Shown: positions 35,610 to 48,882, numbered from the stretch's first letter. The stretch: 62,000 nucleotides of DNA from Wallemia ichthyophaga EXF-994 (GCF_000400465.1 NW_008806282.1:144001-206000); one strand, 5' to 3'. Made by a program: numbers and translations. The notes: generated by a model not told the origin, from the sequence alone.

Positions 35610-37652
35610 TCACTTTTCACCATGCGTCGGCTCTATTTTGTCAGCAGCCTTCTCAAGCACGGCCTGCGCGAAAGGCTGTGTTGGACCAGAATGTATTGGG
35701 GACGAGTCACTGTCCACGCGAGGACTCAATACGCCGTCTCTGATAACCAATGGTGGCGGGTCTGTTGGTTTAGGCTCCCAGAATTTGAACGAGCGCGAGT
35801 GAACGCCGTAAGCAGTAGGAACCATCTCGATAAGTTCACCGCGAGGTCTGCGAAAAGGCGTTATTAGGCGATGGTTGACAGATCAGCTTTATGCACCACC
35901 TACATTTCAACGTTTGGAATCTCAGAAGGTGGTAATCCTGTTAGATATGCGATGAGACAACGAATAACAGATCTGCACCTCAAATTAGTTGCGTTCATTC
36001 TCCTCAATATACCGCACTCACGCATGACAAATAATCAACAGATCATCTTGCTCTCTCTCCAATTCGAATATAACAGGCTCGAGTCTGACGCACAAATCGT
36101 GGTATGATTCTCCCCTTGGCGTTCTAAACGAGTAAGGTGCTTTGAGAGACGAATGCCAGTCGTTAGGGAACTGCTCCCTAAACTCCTCTGGACCAACACC
36201 ATCCAAGACACCGGGGTTAATTTCCGACATTTGCGCCCTTTCATGCACTCTATAACCCAATCTCACGAATGGCCATGCGGAGTGATATGAGCGACGGCGA
36301 GTAGATGTCCAGACCTGTATAATGTGATGTAATGCAATGTGAGGTGAGCTTGGTTGAGCAGCTATACGAATCCACCCACCGAGAACTTTCTGTCATTCTT
36401 AGGCGCTCTTGACTCGCCCCTCTCCTTGCGCTTCTGGCGCTGTTTGTCCAGGATGAAATCGGCCAGCTGGCTGGTGCTGTGTTAGGCAAATGCAAGACAA
36501 AGAAAACTAAGCAGCAAACGTACTCGGCATAATCCCAACCAGCTGCAGCTAAATCTGAATCAGCCTTGTACGAGTGCTCGACAATAGACTGCCCATTTCT
36601 TGCAAAGTAAATCGTGCGTGGTTTATTGTGAATGTTCATCAGATAAAAAACAATACGTGACTGTATGTACACCTTAGCGATGTTTTAGCGACAGTAGCCC
36701 AACTCACCTGCAGATATCCTTCAATTTTGTTGACGATAATTCTTTGGCCGGAATTCCATATCTTTACGTAAGGGAATGACTCCTGGACTGTCTCATACTG
36801 GTCCTCGTGTTCGCGAATCCTCTTCCAGTAATCTTGAACTGCTTTTTCTGAGTCCCATTTGTCGTACTTCATAGGGCTGTCAGATGGGGCTATTAAGCAC
36901 CGCTCAACTTACGTCTGGTGAACTGATCTTGACCTGTGAGACATATTAGCACGGCTGCTTGGAAAAACACAACTCAAACGCACATTGCGGATGTTAGCTT
37001 CTACAGTCTCGGCTTGATCGCAGAGGCATTCTGGGCGTTTATTTTGTGAGATGTGTTGTTGATGTCACAGAGTATCACCTACCGAGGAAGATGACATGTA
37101 CACCAAGACCCTCAGAGCCGAAACGCTTAAGAATTTGTTCTCTACCAGCGGCGCCAGAGTTGTTTGCATCATAAATGGCCACCTGACCGCCGTTATTTAC
37201 GAAAAAGTCCTGGATGTTGCCCTGGAGCTCATCGACGACCCTGTCACGGAGCTTCTCAGTCTCTTGTGATTTACCAGTGGGGAGAAAGTAGTCAGGTGGG
37301 AGATCCTTAGCGCGTCCGACAGTCTGGCGTCTGTGGTCGCCGAGGGAGAAAGTGCCAACTTTGACACCAAGCCAGCGAATGTAACGCTCAATAGATCTTG
37401 ATACGTGGGTTTTACCTCTGTAGGGAAATCGTGTGAGATATTACTTCGTAACTAGGCTCACACCCACCTTGCTGGCAGACCTGAGTGGATTCGATTAGAT
37501 TAAGTCATCGATGGAGATATTTAAACGCACCGACAGCGACAATGAGCAGATTTCCTTGGTGCCACAGTTTTCCTGAGCTTGTGGTGTATAACGGGGCTGT
37601 AGAAGCATAAGGCTACGTGTACACTCGCTGCTACTGGCGTCTCACCAGCCAT
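35610..37652 (-). CDS. 6-phosphofructo-2-kinase/fructose-2,6-bisphosphatase family (YLR345W-like branch)
   Basis: Many introns. MAAPLYTTSSGKLWHQGNLLIVAVGLPARGKTH, IYDANN, VKISSPDY, RTIYFARNGQS, PRGESYHDL, LLIICH. Confidence 0.9.
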
Positions 37653-37680
37653 GATTGTATAGGAGGAAGAACTAAATGAA

Positions 37681-38696
37681 TTAATTGCGCTTTGATTGTA
37701 CATATGATTCAGTGTAGTGCAGTACCTTGTCTGCCATTTGATCTGCTGTCGTGTTCTTTCCAAACGCCTCCACAAACTCGCCATTTGGATCCATCAAGTA
37801 CATGAAAATGGAGTGATCAACGAGCTGTGATGGTTTGTTAGGCTGGAGATAGAGTAGAGCCATTTAAACACCCACGTAGTCGTCTTTTGGTGATATATTT
37901 GGCGGTGTAGAGAAGTATACCCTGTATACCTTGCAAGCGGCCTTTACATTCTCCCAAGGACCCGTAAGACCGAGCATACGAGGATGGAAGCCTGTAGTGC
38001 GCTTAGTGTGCATGTTTCTAATTGACGCGTGTCCCACCTTCCAAGTATTTCCGTGTTTGTGCAGTTGTGTCTCTCGCAGGATCGCATGAAATGAAAACAG
38101 GCTGAACAATCTGACCGAGTTTAGCATCTTGGAAGTGCATGAGATTCGCCTGTATTCAAGCACATCGTTCTACCCACCGACTTTGTCAACTACAGCGCCC
38201 ATTTTGTCCAACTCATCGGGGCAAATATCCGGGCAATTGGTGAATCCAAAGTAGACGAGACTAAATCTGCCAAGAAGATCCTCGTGTGTCACGCTGTTTT
38301 CAGTCTTTGCGTCTATCAGATTGAATGGGCCACCGATCTTTGGCTTTCCGAGTTTCTCAGACTCGCTGGTTTTGCGCTCTAAAGAAGCGTCAGCGGCGAG
38401 AGCAGATAGCAGTAAACAACCAACTTTTGCTCTCCTCGACTTGTGCCTTTGCTTTGTTGAAATACCAGTAGAGACCAGCGCCGGTGCCGACGAAGAGGGA
38501 AGCAGAGATCCAATTAAATGGCTGTGTAGAGTACCAATGAGAATATGAAAGCATGGAAAACACCACGCACGCCGACATACGCCTTATCTCTCTGCTGAGA
38601 TTTAGACTGTATCCATCTCCTCGAAGCAGCTCGATTGAGATTGCCAGTTACATTTATACGCCCAGCACGCTTAAGTAAATTATTATATTTTAACAT
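37681..38696 (-). CDS. SCO1: Cytochrome c oxidase copper chaperone Sco1
   Basis: Mitochondrial presequence, single TM, IGGPFNL, YFGFTNCPDICPDEL (CxxxC), VDHSIFMYLMDPNGEF. Confidence 0.95.
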
Positions 38697-38749
38697 ATAT
38701 CCTTCTTGGTCTCCTACTACAACGAGTATTTTCACGTTAAGTATTCCAG

Positions 38750-41700
38750 ATGACCGCGAGTGGTGGCCACCCAACCAAAATCAAATTATCAACGAGATCG
38801 CTGCGATCTCAGCAGCCCCAAGAGATGGAGCTTACAGATACAGCCACCGATACCCACGATCATCTCCCGGCAGCCACTGATCCCGATCTCGACGAGCCAC
38901 ACACGTATCACCAAGATGCTTATCAAGAAGATGACCAAATCCAGCAGCAGGCGCAGGCACAGCTCGAGCCACAGAATGTCTCTGGATCTGAATTTGGTGA
39001 TGAGGATATTCCTGAGCCAGAGCAGTCTGATTACGACGACGATCTCACTCCTCCTCCAAAGCGCGCTGGTAGAACTTCCACTCGACGTGCACCGCCTAAG
39101 AAACGCGCTGTCGAGGAAGAATACCAAGACGACGGCAGTGAATATGAAAGTGATGAATACAATGGTGTGTTTCCCCTTTCACCATTTTCCATTTCTCACT
39201 TTATTCAGCTAGAAGAAGCCGTCCAACACGCGGTCGCCCCTCCACCCGTAGCCGAGTCCACCATTTCGTTCAATTCGACGGCGGCGATGGTGACGACGAG
39301 GAGTTTTCTCTGCGTGGCAATCGTCGTCGTTTGCGAAATGCTGGCGACGATCCACCTGAGCCTGTCACTCGCTCAAGCAGACAGTCACGATCTGTGGTGC
39401 CCTATTTCCCTCCAAAAGAAGTCATACAGGAGCGCCACGAAAAGCTTGCCAATGAGCGTGCCGATAGAGCTGAAAGAAGGAGGACTATCATGTATACGGA
39501 TGACGAAGACGACGACTCCCCAGAACGTCGCAACTACTCTCTTAGAACAAGACGTGAGCGTCCCAATTACGTTCTTCCTCCTCCTGTCCTTGATGTCAGA
39601 GAGCGTCCTGAAAAGATTGGCCGCTTGCCTTCCTTCACTGCTCTTCAACACCCCAGTATCGACTTGGTGCCTTGGAACCGTCGTGGTGGTCTTGATGACT
39701 CCGACACCGTGAGTATTTCTTACCTATTACACTCAATACTCACCTCCCATAAGGACGATGACCTTTCGCCCAGAAAACGCCCTCAACCTGCACCTGCAAA
39801 TCTGGCCGGTGGCGGTGGTGGGCTACTAGCGCCAGGAGAAGGCATGGGAATGGACAATTTAGGCACAGGTGGTCCTAGCAACCTGGGTAAGATCGGTGAT
39901 GCAGCATTCGCCGATACAGATCCACTCGGTGTGAATACAAAGATCTCATTCGAGTCTATTGGTGGTCTAGATGAGCGTGAGTAGCAGGTGTACTTTCTAA
40001 TAAGCATCTCTGACACCCTCAAGATATCCGACAACTCAAGGAAATGGTTTCTCTCCCACTCCTATATCCCGAAGTTTTTCAACGTTTCAGCATCACTCCT
40101 CCACGAGGTGTCCTCTTCCACGGTCCACCCGGCACTGGTAAAACGCTGATAGCTCGCGCTCTTGCAGCAAGCTGCTCGAGCGAGAATCAAAAAATATCTT
40201 TCTTCATGCGCAAAGGTGCAGACTGTCTGAGCAAATGGATTGGAGAAGCTGAACGTCAACTGCGACTATTATTCGATGAGGCCAAGGCATGTCAACCGTC
40301 TATCATCTTTTTTGATGAAATAGATGGTCTTGCGCCGGTGCGTTCTTCGAAACAAGAGCAGATCCATGCATCTATCGTGTCAACCCTCCTCGCTTTGATG
40401 GACGGCATGGATGGACGTGGGCAGGTTATTGTTATCGGCGCTACCAATCGCCCTGATGCTGTTGATCCTGCTCTTCGCCGTCCGGGCAGATTCGATCGAG
40501 AGTTCTACTTCCCTCTGCCAAATGAGAAGGCGCGGAGTAAAATAATAGAAATCAACACCAAAGATTGGAATCCTCCTCTCGAGCCTCAATTTCTAGATAA
40601 GCTTGCAAATCTCACTAAGGGCTACGGGGGTGCTGATATTCGCGCTCTCTGTACTGAGGCTGCACTAAACGCTGTTCAGCGTAGGTATCCGCAAATCTAC
40701 AAGACGAACGACAGACTGCTTCTCGACCCGAAAAGCATAAACGTACAAGCCAAAGACTTCATGAGGTCTATCAATAGTAGGTGTGATGAAATGAATAGCG
40801 TGGTTTACTAACACGATTTTAGAGCTAACACCGTCGTCTGCGCGCTCAAGTGCCACGTCGGCAGCACCCCTCCCCCACCATCTTACACCCTTGCTTGGTG
40901 GTGCACTAGATGAATCGAAGAAGGTAGTCGACAAAGTGATTCCACGCACTGAAGAGAAGAGCGTAATCGAAGAAGCCGAATATGAAGATGACGTTGGTGA
41001 AGATGGTGGCTTCTCACTTGAGGTGATGCGCCAAAACATGAACTCGATGCGCACATTCCGTCCAAGGATGATGGTTTATGGAGAAGAAGGTATGGGACAG
41101 GCCTTCATAGGTCCTGCACTTCTGCATTATTTGGAAGGGTACAACGTACAATCGCTAGATCTGGCTACACTGCTCAGCGATTCGACGCGCACTGTCGAAG
41201 CCGCATGTGTACAGCTAATACTCGAAGCGAAACGTACAAAACCATCCATTATATACATACCAGCGTTACATGAATGGTGCAATGTTATTTCAGAAGCGGC
41301 AAGAGCAACTGTAACAGCACTCCTCAATACTATATCCCCATCAGATCCTATACTTGTTCTCGCAATGCTAAACAATAGTCCTGATGAGCTGCCACGAGAT
41401 GTAAAAAGATGGTTCGGTTTTGGCAGAGACTCTAAAGTCGCTTTGAATGGTTTCTCAGAGGAGCAAATTACAGAGTATCTGATGGAATTGATCAATATGA
41501 TCAAACTTAAACCATCTCAATTTCCAGATACGGGAAGGCGTAAAAAACGTAAATTGGAAATACTTCCAGTAGCGCCCCCGATGAAACCACGCGAGCCTAC
41601 TGACAGAGAGCTGAATGCGCTGCTCGAAAATGATGCTAGAATTCGTGAGCATCTTAAATGGAGATTAGGTGCTGTGCTCGAGCAGCTCAAGAAGAAGTTT

Positions 41701-43357
41701 AGGAGATTTATGAAATCTTTCGCTGACGAAATTGCTATGGTTCTTCCATTACCCGTCAACACTCACAACAACGGCTCAGTCAATGCGCTCGCTCGATCGG
41801 ATTTGATGGCGGATAATGATAATCAGCAGCCACAGACTCAGCATGACAGTGAGGCCAAGGAGCAGGACGAGGATGAGGAGGAGCACGCGAAGGAGCAGCC
41901 GAATGACCAAGACAAAGACACACAAGTACAGCCAATGACCAACGGTGTTGTTGATGGAGATGTGCTAGAGTATGACAAGGTATCTGATGAAGCGGGTGCC
42001 GACGAGGTTAAGAAAGATACTGATCATGTTCAAACCGGAGATCAGCAAATGGAGCAGACAGAAGAACCTGTTGAAGGAAGTCCCGAAAAAGAAGATGAAG
42101 AGAATGATGACGCCATAGATGAAGAGATGGCTGACTTTATCCAACCGCCACAAGCTGCTAACAAAGAGATTTCCAAAGACAGCGAAGATGACGAGCCGAT
42201 CATTGAGGATAAGAACGATGACGACTTTGAGCCAGATGAAGAGGAGGAAGAAGCCCCACAAGAACCCGATCTTCAACCAGTCCCACCAAAGCCTGAGGCA
42301 AATCTACAGGAAAACATGGAAAAATCATTAGATGAAGAATTAATGGAATTATCGACAATTCAGCCTGGAGAGGATCACAGGACGCGTCTGATGATTTACG
42401 ATATTGATCTTGAAAAGATTCATTTCAATGTATACAAAGACAACTATGTGAATCCAGCGCAATTCGTCGATGATGTCGCTAAGATTGTCCATAATGCTGA
42501 ACTTGATCCTAGTGATCAGGACAGGTTGTGGAAAGCACAGCAACTCCTCACGCATGCAAGAGTATTGGTTGATCAGGCTTTCGATGGCCCATTTAGAATA
42601 GAGTGTCAGCGTATGGCCGACAGAGAAACTAAGAGGATTGCAGAATACAAAGAGAAGAGGAAGAGAGAAAAGGAGGCATCTAAGAATGTGTCGGAAGAAA
42701 ATGAGGCGGGTGCAGCTGACGGGGAACAACAAGAGCAACCAGAACAGCAACCAGAACAGCAACCAGAACAGCAAACACGATCAGAGGAGCAAGACCAGTA
42801 TCAGCCGCAGCAAGACGGAATTGCAGCTGCAGCTCCTGAACAAAATGACCAGGCTGAACAATCCGAACAATCCGAAAATGGCACATCTCTCAAACGTCCC
42901 CGTGAAGGTGAAGGTGATGGTGATGGTGAGAACGGAGGAGATGGACCTGAGACTAAGAAGGCCAAAGGAGATGTAGAGATGACTGAGAGTGTGGGTGTGT
43001 TGATAACAGAGCTAATTTAAGCTAAAAGGAATATTACAGAGTCAACCAATTGATACTAGTCAAAAAGAAGAAGAGCTTCAAGAAGCTCCAAAGGAAGCCT
43101 CACAAGCTCCAAAGTCTCCAACGCCCGAATCGGAACCTGAACCTGAACCTGAATTCTTAGTCGACGAGAGTCAATTGACTCAGTTACTCAATGAGGCTGT
43201 GGCGTTGGTGAAAGATTTCAACGCTGACGAGCTCGAGCAGACGAGAGCTAACATTTCTAGCGTGATATGGCAACATCGCGAAGAATGGAACCGACAAAGC
43301 ACGATTGAAGCTGTGAGATCTGCTTTGCACAGCTGCAAATATGATGTAGACATGTAA
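38750..43357 (+). CDS. YTA7: Yta7/ATAD2 AAA+ ATPase with bromodomain-like region
   Basis: Acidic N-terminus, GVLFHGPPGTGKT, FFMRKGADCLSKWIGEAERQLR, IIFFDEIDG, LRRPGRFDREF, degenerate AAA2, split bromodomain; several introns. Confidence 0.93.
42736..42771 (+). repeat. 12-nt coding tandem repeat (QPEQ)x3 in YTA7
   Basis: CAACCAGAACAG x3. Confidence 0.9.
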
Positions 43358-43418
43358 TATAAGATGAAAAGAAAAGAGTTGATGCATTGATTTAATTTAA
43401 GTTGCTAAAGCACATGGA

Positions 43419-43911
43419 CTATCCTGGTATATTTCTTCTTGGCGGTAACGGAGGTGCACTGCGGCGCAAGTGATGAGTGTGATGAGTTCGAGGAGGCAGT
43501 GGAGGGGCGTAGGCGGGAGTTCGCACTGCTGGCTCATAAGCAGGAGTACGAATTGGTGGACTATAAAGTGGTGGGGGATTTGCTTCGTTTCGCTTCCTCA
43601 CCAGGTCTCTGAGTAGATCCTCACCAGCCTGTCTTCTCAATTTGTCCCTATTCAGTCGCTCTTCTAGTGACAAACAGTCGCGAGCATCCTTCTCCCAGCT
43701 TTCGCGCAGCGCTATATTGAACGCCAGCTCGGGATCAGCGCTAGGAGGGTGATCTGCGCCTTCATTAGATTCAGGCTGTTGGATTTGCCGCCTATTTCTA
43801 GCTGTAGATTATCGTGAGGTTTATAAAATACTACCAGCAATTATACTCACGTTTACGCTGCTTTTGTGCTACCAACATTTGCCGATTAGGATCTGGCATC
43901 CTGATCGTCAT
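43419..43911 (-). CDS. Small hypothetical Pro-rich protein (about 147 aa)
   Basis: ATG at 43911 (alternatives 43899 and 43878), one GTGAGT...CAG intron near 43803-43850, open frame to TAG at 43419. Confidence 0.4.
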
Positions 43912-43987
43912 TTCACAAACTTGATAAGCCGGATTAATGCAATATTTCTATAGTAGTACACGTCTATTTGATCACATTAGATCACTT

Positions 43988-44968
43988 TTAGAAGTAAGGC
44001 GTCTCGTAGACCTTGTCGCGCATCTTCCAGTCTCCGTTGCGCATCCACAATGGCTTTTCGAACATGACGTAGTCTAAAACGTTGTGCTCTGGGTGGTTTG
44101 GGCCGAGTGACTGTGTGGCTTGTTAGAATTGATTCCTATCAGTGCTCAACTCATACCTGTACTGTATTGAACTTGACGACCACCTGACAAATACGCTTCT
44201 CGGCGGACTCTGGCAGCATTGGCATGACATTTGTAGTTCTCACAGAGAGCACGCTTGGTGGCTCTATCACTCTGACCACCTTCCAATCATATTTTGTGTC
44301 ACGATCCAATTTCACTGTCTTGGCTTGTGAGTCTGAAGCTTCCTTGAGCGCGTGTGTGGATAGTTTGTTGATTGATTTAAAGTCGCCGCTGTTTGAGTGT
44401 TAAGTGGGGGTTGAATTACCAGCACTTTGCACACCCGCTTACCTCGCTATTGCCTTCTGGAGCGCTGTATACTTTTCATAAGCCACAGTGCTGGCCCAGT
44501 GCGTAGATGCTTTGCGCCTTTCCATCCACTTCAGCCCAGGCACGCCTTCCTTCTCAGTCTTCCATTCACCTTTCTCGAACAGCTTCATGCGGCTGTGGGA
44601 GTTTCTTTAGCTTATTCTGTATGCACCAAAGCAACCCACTGATGATAATCCTGCAGGCTTGTGTACAGATTCCATTGAAGCCACTTAAAGAACTCCATCG
44701 GTTTGAATCCCCTTGAAATGAGAGCAGAGGGGCTTAAATCGCTCGCTTTCAAACCCAAAAAAGACCTCGATGGCTTAACGTATGGGCTCAGTTTACCGAA
44801 ATTCATCTCTTCTAATCCAACTCGAACCTCTGCTTCTCCAGTCGCACCTTTGGCGACGGCAGCTCTTTCAGCAGCAGCCTTGATTTTCCTCAGAGCTTCT
44901 GCATCAGGTTCGTTGACGAATGTCTTCCTGGAGCTGCTCGCGAATTGTCTTGCTAGTGTTGGTCTCAT
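43988..44968 (-). CDS. Mitochondrial Tim44-like domain protein (Mba1/mL45-like)
   Basis: Three introns give MRPTLARQFASSS...YTALQKAIASGDFKSI...YDWKVVRVIEPPSVLSVR...QVVVKFNTVQ...VLDYVMFEKPLW...WKMRDKVY, the Tim44-like pattern. Confidence 0.65.
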
Positions 44969-45027
44969 TGGCGGTGTGATGGTGATACAAGCGAGCAAGA
45001 CAAAATGTTTGATTTCGATTACAAAAT

Positions 45028-46480
45028 TTACAAAGGCTCAGGACCGTCAATTACAGCCTTGATGAGACTCTTCCCGTCTTTGCCTTTACCCGCCTTTGTT
45101 GAGTCGAAAGCGCTGAGTGCATCGTTGTACGCGAACGAGTGCGTGTGCAGCTCCTTGAGATTGATCTTGCCTTGACTGACGAGATCGATGGCGAGATCAT
45201 AAGCGCCTGGTCCATATCTGAACGATGTCCTGTACTGGATTTCCTTGGACATCATAGCTCCAACTGGTATTTGAATATCTGGTCTACCCATGCCCACTTG
45301 TACGAATTTGCCTGCAGGTTTCAAGAAATGCAGTCCCATTGTAATACATGGTTGCGCTCCACTAGCCTCCAACACCAAGTCTATTCCATTGCCTCCCCTC
45401 GCTTCAACACCAAGCGATTTATGAAGATTTGCAACCACCCTTGACATGTACTCGTCCTGCGACTCTGTTTCACTCTTTGCAGGTGGCTGAAAAGAGTCAG
45501 TTTGCGCGTATTGCTTCGCGAATGCTAATCTCTCCTGGTTGATATCTACTGCAATAATACGTCTTGCGCCGAGGCTGTAAGTGGATCAAGTGAGCGGGGT
45601 GTATGTTGCCAAGCACATCAGCACTCACGCTTTGGCCGTAGCAATCAACAGCAATCCAACAGGACCGCAACCAAACACGATAACATTCTAAAAACACGAT
45701 GTAAGTGAGTCGTGAGGTGAGCATTTAGCTGAGCACTTACGTCATTTACTTTAATTTCACCGATTTTGGCAGCAGCGTGTACTGCAACGCTAAGTGGCTC
45801 CATCTGGGTTAAAAATTGCATGAGACATTGACTTTCAATGGTATTCAAGACTTCAACTCACCATAGCACCCTCTTCAAGAGATAGTGTGTCAGAAATAGG
45901 GTGGACGAAATCAGCTGGGAGCTTGAAGTAGCGGCAGAGAGTACCTCCTTCGAAGGGTGGTGTAGCGGCGAATGTCATGAATTCACATAATTCATAACGA
46001 CCGCTCTTACAATCGACACAAACACCGCAGCCGAAGCCAGGCTCCATAGCCACGCGCTGACCCGGCTTCACCTTGACTTTGTCATCTGTGCCGACCTTGA
46101 CGACGATCTGCAGGAAAGGGGAAAGGACAAGTCAGACGATATGATCACTTGAATAACATGCTCCCGCACCCCTGATGATTCATGGCCCAAGCACATGCCA
46201 TTTGGACACAAACTGACTGCAAATGAGCCTATAGCGCCGTGTTGCCAGTAGTGAACGTCCGAGCCGCACACACCCGTTTTCTTAACCTAAAAGGTACACT
46301 TAGCAAATGGAAGGACAGTCATCACTATAAAGTACTTACCTCCACCAACACATCTTGCGGACCAACCTCAGGAATTGGTCTTTCTTCATACGTGACGGAT
46401 AGCCCATCACTCTTCTTGCGGAGAATGAAGCTTGGATTTTGCATTTTGTTCGCAATGGACGAATTCTCGACTATGGACAT
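45028..46480 (-). CDS. Zn-dependent NAD+ polyol dehydrogenase (sorbitol/xylitol DH)
   Basis: [46 protein letters not shown], acidic NAD-specificity residue (VDIN), SFRYG; multi-exon. Confidence 0.92.
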
Positions 46481-46906
46481 TGTTTTGTTTAGCTAGAGGA
46501 GTGGTCTCCGACAACCCCGCGTTTAAATCTGCGATTTCATACTTAGATTTATGACGTAGCATACGCCGGAGCTATTCCATTTGAACGTGTCGCATGGAAT
46601 CAGGATAATTAGCTCCTATTAAGTTATTAATACAGTCTGTGGCTGCTCTAAGCTTGTTATTGACATAACACCGGAATATCCGAACGAAGAGCAGCAATTT
46701 CGCACCAAGGCGGGTCTTTGCGTTTACAATTAGCATTTATAGAGTCAGAAATCACATCGCATTCAATTTAATGTGCAATTCATGACTTTATCGAACATAA
46801 TTCCCCAAATTTTACCTTGCATTACTAACTAGCATGACAAATCTATGAAATGACAAAAAAAGAAGACAACATTTTACTAAACGTGAATTCATGACAATTA
46901 TTGTAA

Positions 46907-48882
46907 TCAAGTTATGACATCCATAGCCTTATCGAGTGCGAACTTGCATACGGCAAGGAGCTCGTTAACGTCTTCCAAACCAATTGAGCATCTAATGAGA
47001 TTCCTATCGACACCATACGACTCGATCCAATCGAGCTCCGTGTAGTGAGCGAGGATGGCATAGCAGCTTGCAAGGGTAAAGTTGCAGCCTAAAGAAGGAC
47101 CAGCCGCGAGGTTAAGATTGTCAAAGAACACACGTGCAATTTCTCCATTCCTTTCTTGTGTATTTTTCGAACTACCAAAGGTCAGACTAAATAAACCACC
47201 ATAACCACCGCCTTCTCTCTTCCTAGCGGTGTAATTGTCTTTAGTAGAGTATTTAGGATAGAATACCTCCTTGATAACGCCATTTCCGCGGCCATTGGTT
47301 TCTGACATCATGTAAAAGTAGTCACAGATAGCTTCTGTCGTCTCGTTTACCTTCTTGATACGACTGCAAAAGTCTCGTGAGTTGCGTTCCATGAATATCG
47401 CATCTTCAAACCAGTAGCTGTCTTCGTAAGTATCGACTACATAATCGCGAATATCCTCGTAGTGCCTGCCTTCGGGATTCAATATTATGCTTCCGCCCAT
47501 GACGTTCGTTTCGCCCGAGAATGCCTTTGTGAGTGATGAGACAACGACGTCAGCCATAGGGAGGATATCGATGTTCATGAAACTACCAATGGTCTCATCA
47601 ACAACTATAAGGAAGTTGTACTTGTCGGCCAATTCGCGAAGACGGGCCAAGTTAGGTGATTTGAGGAGGGGGTTACCTGGGAATTCGCAGAACACAGCAA
47701 GAAGCTGCTCCTTGCTTGCAATATCTTCCAGCATGGCTAAATCAGCATCATCACCTCTACCTAGGAAGTGAGCGCCTGGACCCCACTTCTGCAACACCTT
47801 GAGCGTATCGGTGTAGGGGAAACTGTCAGACTATTAGAATATGCTGAAGGGGTAGCAAACCAACTCACCCAAAGCAAACGCTCTTTCCAACGCCTTCGCC
47901 TCTCCATTTCATAGCAGCCTGGTGGGTCAACCAGATAGCAGCCATGCCGGTCGGGGTCAACCAGACATCATCCTCAGTGAGACCAACACCACGTTCACTT
48001 TCAATCGTTGGTCCAACAGCCGCGTCGACATGTGGGTCAATAACAACCCCCGCAATGCGTCTCTTCAATGCTCGTTTTGCGAGTGGAGCTGATGCCAATG
48101 GCAGGTTTCTTCCGTATCTCTCCTCGACATAGACAGCATGATCCTTATCGAATATGTCCTCATTGTTATCCTCATTCGCCTGCTTAATGGCAGAGCTAGA
48201 TAATATTCCACTAGCTACATCAGTACCGCCTGGAGTTGGAGGTTGGCTAGTCTGTAAAAATTTTGATTTGCTATTGTAAAAACGATTGCGACTACCGCTT
48301 CTACTGAACAGAGGAGGATTATGAAGAGGAGTGCTAGCGACAGAAGACTTTGGGCTGAGTTTCTCAGACATGTCCAGACAGTCTAAAGCGCGTTCAGCAA
48401 GTCTAGAGCTAACGCCTAAACCCGTATGTTGCCAGAACTGTTTGGCAATGCCCCAATGATCCTTATCGAATATAACAGCGTGTATCTCTATGCAAGGGAT
48501 CGCAGGGTTTGGGGATGGGTCGCAGACTGTGAGTTGGGCGAGACGGGCGTTTGTAGCAGTTGGTATAATGAAATCACGGCATTTTTCTGCGATTCTGTGT
48601 GTGGGGAATAGCATGCAGTTCTCCTTATCGAGATTGCCGAACTTTTTGAGAATCACAGCCGATAGCGCTTGTATTTTGCGATGTATAAAGAATCTAAGGG
48701 GCGGTAAGGTTAGCAGTGGGAACCTCAAGCAGCCACGAAACTAACCTCGGATACCCCGTCACCATGGCGTCAACAACTCGTGGTGCTCCTTCTTCGTAAT
48801 CCGTGTGGTCTTTCCATGTGGGAAGACTAACGCTGATTGCGTGCTCTACCGGTGGAAGTGCACTGCCTAAAGCTGCACTCAT
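46907..48882 (-). CDS. STR2: Cystathionine gamma-synthase (Str2-type)
   Basis: HAISVSLPTW...GYPR|FFIH, YVEERYGRNL, CEFPGNPLL, SSLTKAFSG (PLP Lys), GPSLGCNFTL; two introns. Confidence 0.9.
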
